Shown here: positions 48,014 to 57,841 of the stretch, piece by piece
Position numbering within the stretch: position 1 is the stretch's first letter
Layout: the number at the start of each line of letters is the position of its first letter
From: a virus
Virus record (IMG/VR): IMGVR_UViG_3300050343_000145
Span: 3,217 to 67,216 of that record
Strand: one strand, 5' to 3'
Length of the DNA: 64,000 bases
Program-made: the position numbers and the translations under genes
The notes under the pieces: generated by a model
Told to the model about the DNA's origin: nothing
The model's database searches: none
Seen by the model: only the letters and a program-made list of their open reading frames with translations

Positions 48014-51000
48014 ATGGCAGATCCAAAATTAAATGAGCAATTACTGGAGCTGCAGGAACAAGTAAATCAACTTAAACCTACAGATAACTCTCAAGAAGCT
48101 ATATTACTCAGAAGGCAATTAAAGAAAGTTGAAGCGCAAATTGTAGCATCGGAAACAACTGAAACTCAAGAATTAGAAGAGGTTGAGGTAACTGTAGACG
48201 CTAAAGGTGATGTTAAAACCGCTTTAGACGGTGCAAAGCAATACAAGGAAGACATAAAAAAAATAACACCCGAAACTGAAAAAACAAAAATAGGGTATGA
48301 ATATTTTGGTCTTAAAATGTATGATACTTTAAAGCCACAAATAGAAAGAGATACTTATTATCCTGATTTACCAGGCGGTAGAAAATCTGGTTTTATTAAA
48401 TATAGAAACACATACGATGAAGATTTAAAAAAATCATTGGGTGATAAAAAATATGAAGAGTGGAAAAAAATTGAAGCAGGCGCAAAAGCAGACGGTGTTA
48501 GACTTAATGAAACAAATATAAATAAATATTTAAATTTAAGTGATTTTGATAACAAAACAAAAAATGAAATTGTTCAGCAATCTAAAAGTAAAAAATCTGA
48601 TTTAATATTAAGAGATTATAGTAACAAAGAAAGAAATATTATTAAAAAAGAAATATTTGAAGGTGAGGCTAAAGAAAAAGCTTATGAAGAATACTCAAAT
48701 ACTTTTAATAAAAATTTAGAAGAATATAAAAAAACAGGTGTTCCACAATTTGAACAACCTGATTATACCCCTATTGTAAAAGAATTAAATGAAGAAGTTA
48801 AACAATCATCTAAAAATCTTGATACAAAATTTGATAATTTTAAAATAAAGCAAGAGGAGTACAATAATACATATAAAAACTACGAAAAAAGAATAGCAGA
48901 GGCAGAAGAAAAAATTAAAAATTTTAGTATGCCTGAAAACCCCACTGTAGCCCAAATACAAGAACGTAACGCATTAGCAGAAGAATACAATAATATATTC
49001 AAAGAAGATTTATTTACTGGTTTAGATAATCAATGGCAAGACTTAAAAGCTTTTGGCACTGAAATAACTAATGAATCAGAAAAATTAAATAAAGCTTCTT
49101 TAGAAGTTGGTGATATTAATTTAATGAGTAATTCATTAAGCAAGAATTACAATAGAATGGACAGACTTTTGCACACCATGGAAGAATCTTTTTTGGGTAG
49201 TGCTGCTATGCTTGGGTCGTCTATAATGAAGGGAGGAGGGGATGTTGCTGCATTTTTTGCTAGCAGTAATAATTATGATGCAAAAACAGCTGATTGGTAT
49301 CAGGATTTAGTAGATTTAAAAGGCCATGCGATTGATTATAACGATCGTTTGCAGAAGTATAGACAAAATGTATTGCCTGAAAAATTAGAGTACGGCGATG
49401 GAGGTGGTTTTGATTATTTTGCAGAAATGATGATTGATAATAGCCCTTCAATATTAACTGCTTTTGGAACAATGGGTTATACGGGTTTAGCAACAGCTGG
49501 GGCTTCTGGAATAGCAAGAGCCACTGCCATACGGCAAGCAACAAACGCTGCAACAGGCGTATTCTTTACTATGGAAGCTGGTGGTCAAATGTCTAATCTT
49601 GAAATAGCACAAAGAGAAGCTCCTGAAATGATAGCGTCTTTAAAAAATAAATTAAAGAACGAAACTAATTTATCAAAAAGAAAACAATTAGAAGAGCAAA
49701 TATCAGATCAAGAGAATTTGCAGAAAATGTCCCAGTTTAAAAAGAGCTTTAACAGTATAGCTTACGGAGGTATTGCTTCGCTTGCAGAAAGATTTGGTTC
49801 ATTAAGATTCATAAATGATTTTCAAAAATATTCAAAACCTTTAGGATTAACCAAGTTAGAACAATTAGGAATTCCTAAATCAGTAGCTAGAGTTACAGGT
49901 AAAGCTTTTGGTACCACGTCTGGTGTTGGTATTGGTATGGGGGTAGAATTAATAGAGGAAGGTGGCACATTGTTAGGACAAAATTTCATGGATATTGTTG
50001 TTTTAGATCAAAATAAAAGTTTGATTGAAGGATTAGATGGCGAATTTGTAAGAAATACTTTAGCAACATCTTTAGGTATATCAGGGCCTTCTGCGAGCAT
50101 GAATTTAATGTCAGCATTTAATAATGAAATAAAATTAAGAAGTGAAGCTAATCAAGAAGGAAAAATCAGAGATGAGGTGCTTGCTATACAAAATGAATTA
50201 AATGTTTTAGATGGAAGAACAAAGAAAGCTAGAGATTTAAAGAAAAAACAAAATTTATTATTAACTGAAGCAGCGGAAGTAAATAGCTTTATACCTTTAA
50301 AGCTTGGTAATATGACAGATGCAGAAGTTCAAAGCGTTTTTGAAAATGGTAAAAGAATGCGTGAATTGATAGCTGAAGGAAAAGAATTAGGCCAGCAGCT
50401 GGAGATCACATCGTACGAAAAGCAACGAGTTGAGGATATAAAAAACCAAATTCAAACGTTATTTGATGTTAATCAAAAAACATTAGGTAAATCACAGGAA
50501 CAATATTTAAAAGAAATAGGAAAAGACGCACCAAATGCTTTTGAATATGTTGTTAATAAGGGGAGATATGATGGCTATAAGCACTTGATTAAAAACATGA
50601 AAGGTATAACTCTTTTTGCAACTGATGGCAAAAATATTGATCAATTTCTTGAACAATCAAATTATACAGATCAACAAAAAGAAGATATAAAAAATGCTTA
50701 TAATGATAGATCTAATGCTGTAAATATAAATGATGATGTTATAACTTTTGATGATAATGTTACAGCTTCTTTAAGTATATTAAGCGGAACAAAAGCCGCT
50801 ATAACAGCTGTTTCACCATTGCATGAAGTTGGGCATATACAAACTAGAAAAGCGGGTATAATAAAAGATGGCAAATTAGCCGCTCACGCAGAGGGAATGG
50901 TTGAAGACATAATTGCTGATGTAAAAAGACGAAACGAAAATGATAAATTATCTGATTCTGATTTTCAAATATTTAATGATAGAATAAATGATTATAAAAG

Positions 51001-54000
51001 TAAAAATGGCGAAGTTAATGCTGATGAGCTTATACAATTAGTATCTGATTTTACAGCAGCTGGTATTTTACCTAAAAGTTCATTTGAACAATTATACAGT
51101 GCTAAAACTTTTATTAATTCTTTATTAACTAAATTTAATGGAGAGGCATCGCCTTTCTTTAAAATAAATACAGCTAATGATGCGTTTGATTTTATTACTA
51201 GCTGGCAGCAAAAAGCATTAACTTCACAAACGGAAGGTGCAGGAGAGGAAACAGATGTTGTAGAAAGTAAAGACTTACAAAGTGAAATAAATAGTCTTGT
51301 AGCAGGCGTAACAACGCAGGCAGAATATTATGGTAAATTAAATAATGTAATAAACGAAAAATATGGTTATGATATTACAGAAGATCAAAGCAGAAGTGCT
51401 AAATTACATCCTGCAATAAATAATTATATTATATCAAAATCTGCTAATCCTGCTCAAGCACAAAAAAATATATCTATATTAAAAGATAGATTAATAAATT
51501 TTAATCCTGCTGCAAAAAGAAATGATGGATCTATAGTTGGAGCTGAAGGTTTTGTTGAATTTATAAATTCAAATGTTAATTTTGTAAAAAGAGAAGCTAA
51601 TAAAGCTTTAGCTATAGAAGCAGAACAAAGAAAAAGAACTGAAAAAATAGATGACACAACTAAACAAATAGCAGCACCAATAGAAACTAAAAAAGCTAAA
51701 GAAAAACCAAAATATAAATCTATTTCAAAAAGCAACATATTTTCAACATCAGCAATTGATCAAATTAAAAATAGAATAATATCTATAGTCAGAGTATTAA
51801 AAACAAAAATAAACGCACCAACTACAATAAATCAAACTGTTAAACCTATTATATCAGAAATAAAAACCGAAATGGGTAAGCAAGCTGATATTATAATTAA
51901 AAAAGATGCTGGCGGATTACAAAATAATAGATTAGAAAAAGTATTTTTAAAATCAAAAAAAGCTACACTAGAAAATGCGCCTACCACTTGGCTTGCTAAA
52001 GCAATGCCTTTTGCTGTTCAGAAATCTGTTGGCGGTAAATTTACAGACATACCTATTTTAAACGAATCAGGTAAAATAATTGGCTATGAATTTCAACCAA
52101 ATTGGACTAGCGATTGGCAAGGAAAGAAAATAGATAGAGTAAAAACAGCTGTTGGCGGACAAACATCAGGTAATCAATATATAAGAAGAAAGCCAAATGT
52201 AAGTGAGGCTGTTTCGGATAAGCAGTATATGGGGTACATGTTCAAATTTGACAATGGAGGCAATGCTACAGAAATTATAAGGGGTAGAAAAGAATCATGG
52301 TCAAAAATGATGGCCGAGGAGGTATCATTTGAATTAATAGATGACGCATTAGATGATTTAAATAGCCCTATTTCAAAAGAGCTTATAAAAAATCAAACAA
52401 GATTAGGTGTTGAAATTGTAGAAAATTTTGCTCAACAAGTAAGAAAAGACATTGATAGAGGTACGGTAAAAGAAAGCAAAGGCTTAGCTAGCTTTTCACA
52501 AGAGCAAATGGATCAGTATATAAATGCTGAAGCATGGGGCAACTTTAAAAATAAAATACAAGGCATACAGGGAAGATTTAAAGAAAATGTTATATATAGA
52601 TTACATAAGGACTCTTATGGCGAAATATATTCAGATAAATTGCAAAAAGAAATTGCTAAGCAATTTTATGTGAAGCTAAAACCTTTTGCTACGGTTGAAT
52701 CTATTGAAACTCAATTAAAAGAAGACAATAAATCATTGCCAGAATTTTTAGAAGATATTAGGGGCCAAATAGATTTTAATGAAACAATTAGACAATTTAC
52801 AGGGGCAGAGGCGTCTATTGCAGAATTAAATGATAATAAAGTATATGTAGCTGAAACACAACAATATTTGATAGATCAATTAAAGGGTGTTGATATACAA
52901 ACTGCCGTAGCATTTTTTGCTAGCACATTTGCTAACTCTGGTAAAATTGGTAGAGATAGAAAAGGTGTAATGACTGGAGTTAGTAGGGCTGATTTATTTT
53001 ATAATCAAGCTCATGCTATAACCGCACTTAATGAAGCTGGTTTTAATATTGACAAAATAACTAAAAAAGATATAGTATTAAAAGATGGTACCGTTATACC
53101 TAGAAAATTTACAGCTAATGCTAAAGTAGAACAAAAACATTTAGACGGAACATTAGATGTAGATAAAGAAATTAAAATAGCAGGCAAGGCTTGGGATTTT
53201 ACGATGAAATTACTTGAAGGACTAAAAGGACAACCCTCTTATGTGCAAGCATTAACACTAGCCGCGTTAAATTCGGGTACCAATACCATGCTACGAGTTG
53301 GCGCTCCAGCTATTAATGTTAGTACTACAATAACTTCTAGAAAACCATCTGACTATAGATATGAGCATAGACCACCCGCAAGAGTTGTTTTAGCATTATC
53401 CTATAAAAATAAAGTACTAGGTGACAAAACAATAGATATTGAAGCTTTAAAAAATGATTATCAAGTTTCTATTATACCTGTAGAAATGGATAAAGTAATA
53501 GGTAAAATTGCATTGGGGCAAAGCACAATGCCAGACTATAAACCTGGAATCACCCGTGCAACTAATGATTATTATAATGCTTTTACAAAAAATAAACCTG
53601 GTATAGTTTCTATAAAAAATCTTAAAACAGGTGAAATAATTGGTAAAGATTATGAGGCTTCGTCCAAACTAAAAAATCAACCTACAATAAAAGAGGCTGT
53701 TGCACAACCTAAACAACTCAAGGAAGCAGTTGCAAAAGAAAGTAAAGGATTTTTAAGTGAAGAAATTAATAATATAATTGCTAGGCAAAAAGGTGTTAGA
53801 CCTGAGGCTGTGTATTCTAAAGTTGTGGCAAGAAAAAAAGGCGCTAACATAGGTAAATACAAATTCTTTTTACCATCTACAGCTGAAGATTTTAGAGGAT
53901 TAACGCAATACACTTTTGCTGGTAAAGGAAAACAAGGGGAGGCAGATCAAAAGTTTTTTGAAGATAATTTAGTTAAACCTTATTTGAAAGGTATATCAGC

Positions 54001-55936
54001 TATGGAGTCTCAAAGACAAGCTTTAAAGAATGATTACAGAGGCTTATTAAAAATGTTTCCTAAAGTTAAGAAAAATCTTAATAAAGAAATTGCAGGAACT
54101 GGATTTACAAACGATCAAGCTATAAGAGTTTATTTATATAATAACTCTGGTTTTGATGTTCCTGGTATTTCTAAAAGAGACCAAAAGAAATTAATAGATA
54201 TTTTAAATAAAAATGAAAATTTAAAAGGATTTGCAGACGGGTTACAAAATATATCTAAAAAAGAATCTTGGGCTGAGCCATCTGAATATTGGGACGTGGG
54301 AAGTGTTTTAAAAGATCTTAATGACCTTTCAGAAAACGTTAGTAGAAAAGACTATCTTAAAGAATTTATAACCAATGCGGACCAAATTTTCAATGAAGAC
54401 AATTTAAATAAAGTTGAAGCGTTGTATGGTTCAAGGCACAGAGAAGCTCTTGAAGATATTATAAGAAGAATGAAAAGTGGAAGCAATAGACCCGGTAATC
54501 CCGATAGATTAACTGGTGCTTGGCTTGACTGGGTTAATAATTCTGTTGGTACTATAATGTTCTTTAACAGAAGGTCAGCTTTATTACAGATGTTATCGTT
54601 TACTAACTTTGTTAACTGGTCAGATAATAACCCACTGATGGCCGCAAAAGCATTTGCAAATCAACCGGCTTATTGGAAAGCTTGGGCAAAAATATTTAAT
54701 TCTGATAAATTAAAACAAAGAAGGGGTGGTTTAAAATCCGATGTACAAGAGCAGGAGATAGCTAATCAAGCTAAGAATGCTAAAGATAAATACAGCGCAG
54801 CCGTTTCTTATTTATTAAAAATTGGTTTTACACCAACACAAATAGCGGATAGTATGGCTATTGCAACAGGAGGTGCTACATTCTTAATAAATAGAACTAA
54901 CACTTATGTTAAACAAGGCATGTCAAAAGCGGATGCTGAAGCAAAAGCGTTTGAAGACTTTAGTGCAATATCAGATGAGACACAACAGTCCGGGGATCCT
55001 ATGTTAATATCTAAACAACAATCAAGTCATCTTGGTAGATTAATATTAGCATTCCAAAATACACCAATGCAGTACACTAGATTAATGAAGAAGGCTGGAC
55101 AGGATTTAATCAACGGAAGAGGCGACGCTAAAACAAATATTAGTAAAATAATTTATTATGGATTTGTGCAGAATTTAATATTCTCAACATTACAAAATGC
55201 GTTGTTTGCTTTACTTCCAGAGTTTGATCCAGATGATGAAGACGAAGAAAAATTCCAAAAAGTTATTAATACAAAACAAGAAAGAATTATGAATAGTATG
55301 GTTGATACTATATTAAGAGGTAGCGGATTGGCTGGTGCCGTAGTGTCGACATTAAAAAATACTATTAACGAATACTATAGACAAGAAGAAAAAGGATCGT
55401 TTATGGCGGATCACACTTATACCTTATTGCAATTAGCGAATGTATCGCCCCCTATTGGATCAAAGCTTAGAAAAGTTTATGGATCAATTCAAACTAGAAA
55501 CTTTGATAAAGATGTTATAGAAGCTAGGGGAGCAGCACCGGATAGCCCTGCTTATGAAATTGTTGGTAATTTATTATCAGCTGGTTTAAATATACCTCTT
55601 GATAGAGCTGTCTCGGAAGTTAGAGGCATTACAGAGGCTTTAGACAATAGGAACACGTCTTATCAAAGAATAGCTTTAGCATTGGGGTGGAGAACATGGG
55701 ATGTCAATGCAAAAAATGAAGAGCATGAATTAATTAAAACAGCTGCTAAAGCTAAAAGAAAAGAAGAAGGGAAATTAAAAGCTAAAGAAACTAGAAAAAG
55801 AAATGCAGCGCTTAAAAAACAAATATTAATAAATTTGTCTAAAGAAAACATAAAAGAATACAAAAAGTATTTAACAATGTCTACTAAAGACAAAAACGAG
55901 TATATTAAAAAAGAAATAAAAAAACTAAATAAATAA
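48014..55936 (+). CDS. Giant (2640 aa) polyvalent internal virion protein
   Basis: Coiled coils, G/A-rich membrane-like region, zincin HEVGH, C-terminal domain with ETQQS...LAFQNTPMQY. Confidence 0.8.
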   Translation: MADPKLNEQLLELQEQVNQLKPTDNSQEAILLRRQLKKVEAQIVASETTETQELEEVEVTVDAKGDVKTALDGAKQYKEDIKKITPETEKTKIGYEYFGLKMYDTLKPQIERDTYYPDLPGGRKSGFIKYRNTYDEDLKKSLGDKKYEEWKKIEAGAKADGVRLNETNINKYLNLSDFDNKTKNEIVQQSKSKKSDLILRDYSNKERNIIKKEIFEGEAKEKAYEEYSNTFNKNLEEYKKTGVPQFEQPDYTPIVKELNEEVKQSSKNLDTKFDNFKIKQEEYNNTYKNYEKRIAEAEEKIKNFSMPENPTVAQIQERNALAEEYNNIFKEDLFTGLDNQWQDLKAFGTEITNESEKLNKASLEVGDINLMSNSLSKNYNRMDRLLHTMEESFLGSAAMLGSSIMKGGGDVAAFFASSNNYDAKTADWYQDLVDLKGHAIDYNDRLQKYRQNVLPEKLEYGDGGGFDYFAEMMIDNSPSILTAFGTMGYTGLATAGASGIARATAIRQATNAATGVFFTMEAGGQMSNLEIAQREAPEMIASLKNKLKNETNLSKRKQLEEQISDQENLQKMSQFKKSFNSIAYGGIASLAERFGSLRFINDFQKYSKPLGLTKLEQLGIPKSVARVTGKAFGTTSGVGIGMGVELIEEGGTLLGQNFMDIVVLDQNKSLIEGLDGEFVRNTLATSLGISGPSASMNLMSAFNNEIKLRSEANQEGKIRDEVLAIQNELNVLDGRTKKARDLKKKQNLLLTEAAEVNSFIPLKLGNMTDAEVQSVFENGKRMRELIAEGKELGQQLEITSYEKQRVEDIKNQIQTLFDVNQKTLGKSQEQYLKEIGKDAPNAFEYVVNKGRYDGYKHLIKNMKGITLFATDGKNIDQFLEQSNYTDQQKEDIKNAYNDRSNAVNINDDVITFDDNVTASLSILSGTKAAITAVSPLHEVGHIQTRKAGIIKDGKLAAHAEGMVEDIIADVKRRNENDKLSDSDFQIFNDRINDYKSKNGEVNADELIQLVSDFTAAGILPKSSFEQLYSAKTFINSLLTKFNGEASPFFKINTANDAFDFITSWQQKALTSQTEGAGEETDVVESKDLQSEINSLVAGVTTQAEYYGKLNNVINEKYGYDITEDQSRSAKLHPAINNYIISKSANPAQAQKNISILKDRLINFNPAAKRNDGSIVGAEGFVEFINSNVNFVKREANKALAIEAEQRKRTEKIDDTTKQIAAPIETKKAKEKPKYKSISKSNIFSTSAIDQIKNRIISIVRVLKTKINAPTTINQTVKPIISEIKTEMGKQADIIIKKDAGGLQNNRLEKVFLKSKKATLENAPTTWLAKAMPFAVQKSVGGKFTDIPILNESGKIIGYEFQPNWTSDWQGKKIDRVKTAVGGQTSGNQYIRRKPNVSEAVSDKQYMGYMFKFDNGGNATEIIRGRKESWSKMMAEEVSFELIDDALDDLNSPISKELIKNQTRLGVEIVENFAQQVRKDIDRGTVKESKGLASFSQEQMDQYINAEAWGNFKNKIQGIQGRFKENVIYRLHKDSYGEIYSDKLQKEIAKQFYVKLKPFATVESIETQLKEDNKSLPEFLEDIRGQIDFNETIRQFTGAEASIAELNDNKVYVAETQQYLIDQLKGVDIQTAVAFFASTFANSGKIGRDRKGVMTGVSRADLFYNQAHAITALNEAGFNIDKITKKDIVLKDGTVIPRKFTANAKVEQKHLDGTLDVDKEIKIAGKAWDFTMKLLEGLKGQPSYVQALTLAALNSGTNTMLRVGAPAINVSTTITSRKPSDYRYEHRPPARVVLALSYKNKVLGDKTIDIEALKNDYQVSIIPVEMDKVIGKIALGQSTMPDYKPGITRATNDYYNAFTKNKPGIVSIKNLKTGEIIGKDYEASSKLKNQPTIKEAVAQPKQLKEAVAKESKGFLSEEINNIIARQKGVRPEAVYSKVVARKKGANIGKYKFFLPSTAEDFRGLTQYTFAGKGKQGEADQKFFEDNLVKPYLKGISAMESQRQALKNDYRGLLKMFPKVKKNLNKEIAGTGFTNDQAIRVYLYNNSGFDVPGISKRDQKKLIDILNKNENLKGFADGLQNISKKESWAEPSEYWDVGSVLKDLNDLSENVSRKDYLKEFITNADQIFNEDNLNKVEALYGSRHREALEDIIRRMKSGSNRPGNPDRLTGAWLDWVNNSVGTIMFFNRRSALLQMLSFTNFVNWSDNNPLMAAKAFANQPAYWKAWAKIFNSDKLKQRRGGLKSDVQEQEIANQAKNAKDKYSAAVSYLLKIGFTPTQIADSMAIATGGATFLINRTNTYVKQGMSKADAEAKAFEDFSAISDETQQSGDPMLISKQQSSHLGRLILAFQNTPMQYTRLMKKAGQDLINGRGDAKTNISKIIYYGFVQNLIFSTLQNALFALLPEFDPDDEDEEKFQKVINTKQERIMNSMVDTILRGSGLAGAVVSTLKNTINEYYRQEEKGSFMADHTYTLLQLANVSPPIGSKLRKVYGSIQTRNFDKDVIEARGAAPDSPAYEIVGNLLSAGLNIPLDRAVSEVRGITEALDNRNTSYQRIALALGWRTWDVNAKNEEHELIKTAAKAKRKEEGKLKAKETRKRNAALKKQILINLSKENIKEYKKYLTMSTKDKNEYIKKEIKKLNK

Positions 55937-55938
55937 TT

Positions 55939-56070
55939 ATGCCAAAAGATGCGTGTTACAAAAAAGTTAAAGCAAGATACAAAGTATTTCCATCCGCTTA
56001 CGCAAGTGGAGCTATTGCAAAGTGCAGAAAGAAGGGCGCTAGCAATTGGGGCAACAAAAGTAAAAAGTAA
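55939..56070 (+). CDS. Small basic protein (43 aa)
   Basis: Manual translation MPKDACYKKVKARYKVFPSAYASGAIAKCRKKGASNWGNKSKK. Confidence 0.75.
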   Translation: MPKDACYKKVKARYKVFPSAYASGAIAKCRKKGASNWGNKSKK

Positions 56071-56348
56071 TGGCTGTTAGAAAAACAAAGAAAGGTGCTT
56101 CGTTAAAGCGCTGGTTTAAAGAGAAGTGGGTAGATGTTAGAACAGGTAAACCTTGCGGTAGAACAAAGGGTGATGGAAGAGGTGTGCCTTATTGTAGGCC
56201 CAGCAAAAGAGTGTCAAGTAAAACACCAAAAACATCTGGTGAAATGTCTTCATCTGAAAAAGCAAAAAAGATTAGAGAAAAGAAAAGCTTGGGCCAACCA
56301 AAAGGTAAGCCACGAAGAGTAAAAAATGTTAAAAGAAACAAAAAATAG
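56070..56348 (+). CDS. Small basic protein (LKRWFKEKWVD family)
   Basis: LKRWFKEKWVDV..GKPCGR...PYCRPSKRVSSKTPKT. Confidence 0.8.
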   Translation: MAVRKTKKGASLKRWFKEKWVDVRTGKPCGRTKGDGRGVPYCRPSKRVSSKTPKTSGEMSSSEKAKKIREKKSLGQPKGKPRRVKNVKRNKK

Positions 56349-56382
56349 GTGATTACATATATTATAGAAACTTAAAAAAATT

Positions 56383-56667
56383 ATGGCTCAAAAAATTTCA
56401 GAAAACACAGAAGTACAATTAGATTTAAAAACGATTGGAATGTTGGTCGCAGGCGCAGTGAGTTTAGCAGCCATGTATTTTACTTTGCAAAAAGATATAG
56501 ATCTTGCAAAAGAATTACCTAAACCAGAGGTAAGCAGAACAGAATATGATTTAAAAGACGAGCTGGTTAGAACTACTATTATGGACATTGATGAAAAGGT
56601 TCAAGACAATAGTAATAAACTAGATAAAATCGACGACAAACTGTTCAAGATAATAAACAAAGACTAA
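56383..56667 (+). CDS. Single-TM coiled-coil protein (holin- or spanin-like)
   Basis: TM TIGMLVAGAVSLAAMYFTL plus coiled coil; first gene of the lysis cluster. Confidence 0.6.
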   Translation: MAQKISENTEVQLDLKTIGMLVAGAVSLAAMYFTLQKDIDLAKELPKPEVSRTEYDLKDELVRTTIMDIDEKVQDNSNKLDKIDDKLFKIINKD

Positions 56668-56668
56668 A

Positions 56669-56983
56669 ATGAAAAAAATTTTAATAATATTAAGTTTACT
56701 TTTTACAATCGCAGGATATTCACAATACGAAGTACTGCACATTAATTCTTCTTGGAATTCAAGACATAACCTCGACCTTGACGGCCTTAAGTATGCTAAG
56801 GTAAAATATTTAATACTAGAAGAACAAACACCTTCATTTAGGCAACAAATAAAATCTGTTCCAACTATTTTAGTTTTACACAACGGTAAACCTAAAGGAC
56901 AATGGAGTGGTGGTATAGCATTGAAATTAAAGATAACAAAAGAAGATATAGAAAATCATATTGAAAGATTAAAAGCTCAATAG
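56669..56983 (+). CDS. Exported thioredoxin-fold protein lacking CxxC
   Basis: Signal peptide, HINSSWN in place of F.A.WC, cis-Pro motif IKSVPTILV..NGK. Confidence 0.65.
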   Translation: MKKILIILSLLFTIAGYSQYEVLHINSSWNSRHNLDLDGLKYAKVKYLILEEQTPSFRQQIKSVPTILVLHNGKPKGQWSGGIALKLKITKEDIENHIERLKAQ

Positions 56984-57448
56984 ATGAGTAAGATAAGCGA
57001 GCACATAACAAAGAAAGAAGCCACATTTAGTGCGACTGCATTGAGGAAAGGTATAGAGAATGAGCCTGGAGAATACGAATTACAGAATATGGAACTTATT
57101 GCTGAAAAAGTATTTGAACCATTAAGAAAAGCTGTGAATGGCCCAATAAAAATTAATTCATTCTTTCGTTCGGAAGAATTGAATAAAGCAATCGGCGGGA
57201 GCAGTAAGTCACAACATTGCCAAGGAAGAGCAATGGATTTAGACGATACTTACGGTTACATGTCCAACAAAGATATGTACCATTACATAAAAGAAAATTT
57301 AGATTTCGATCAGATGATCTGGGAATTTGGAACCAAAGACAACCCTTCTTGGGTTCATGTAAGTTATGTAGACGCTGACTCTAATAGAAAGCGTTGTTTA
57401 GAAGCTTACAAAGACGAGAATAATAAAACAAAATATAAAATAATATAA
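56984..57448 (+). CDS. Endolysin, peptidase M15A family
   Basis: INSFFRSEELNKAIGGSSKSQHCQGRAMD...WVHVSY. Confidence 0.9.
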   Translation: MSKISEHITKKEATFSATALRKGIENEPGEYELQNMELIAEKVFEPLRKAVNGPIKINSFFRSEELNKAIGGSSKSQHCQGRAMDLDDTYGYMSNKDMYHYIKENLDFDQMIWEFGTKDNPSWVHVSYVDADSNRKRCLEAYKDENNKTKYKII

Positions 57449-57810
57449 TGAAATTATGGAAAACTGCAATTGTCCTTTTTGTATTTGTGAGTAGTTGCTC
57501 AATACAACCAAAACCTAAACTACAAATAACGCACGTCTTAGCTGTAACACAACAAGGTGATACATTAACAATACCTATTGATGTTATAAGACCTATTAAT
57601 TATAGAATAATAAATTATAGTGGTGGTTATAATTACAACTGGGCACGACCTTATTATCATTATCAATATGATAATTATAGCCGAGGCTCATCTTATAGGT
57701 CAAATAATAACAACAGTAATAACAATTCAAACGTCGGTAAGATTGTACCAAGGGAAGATCCTGGAGATGGAAAGCCATCTGCTGATGTTTTGATGAAAGG
57801 AAAGAAATAA
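57448..57810 (+). CDS. Lipoprotein (possible spanin component)
   Basis: MKLWKTAIVLFVFVSS-C lipobox; Y/N-rich tail. Confidence 0.65.
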   Translation: MKLWKTAIVLFVFVSSCSIQPKPKLQITHVLAVTQQGDTLTIPIDVIRPINYRIINYSGGYNYNWARPYYHYQYDNYSRGSSYRSNNNNSNNNSNVGKIVPREDPGDGKPSADVLMKGKK

Positions 57811-57840
57811 AAAAAGGGGCCTTAAAAAAGCCCCTTAAAT
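57809..57840. terminator. Terminator at the convergence of the two strands
   Basis: AAGGGGC-loop-GCCCCTT, with an A-run giving a U-tract on the minus strand after nrdA. Confidence 0.8.
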
Positions 57841-57841
57841 T

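Noticed and set aside
48014-55936. crAss- or N4-type virion RNA polymerase
   Set aside because: No DxDGD/DFDID or T7-like catalytic motifs recognised by eye.
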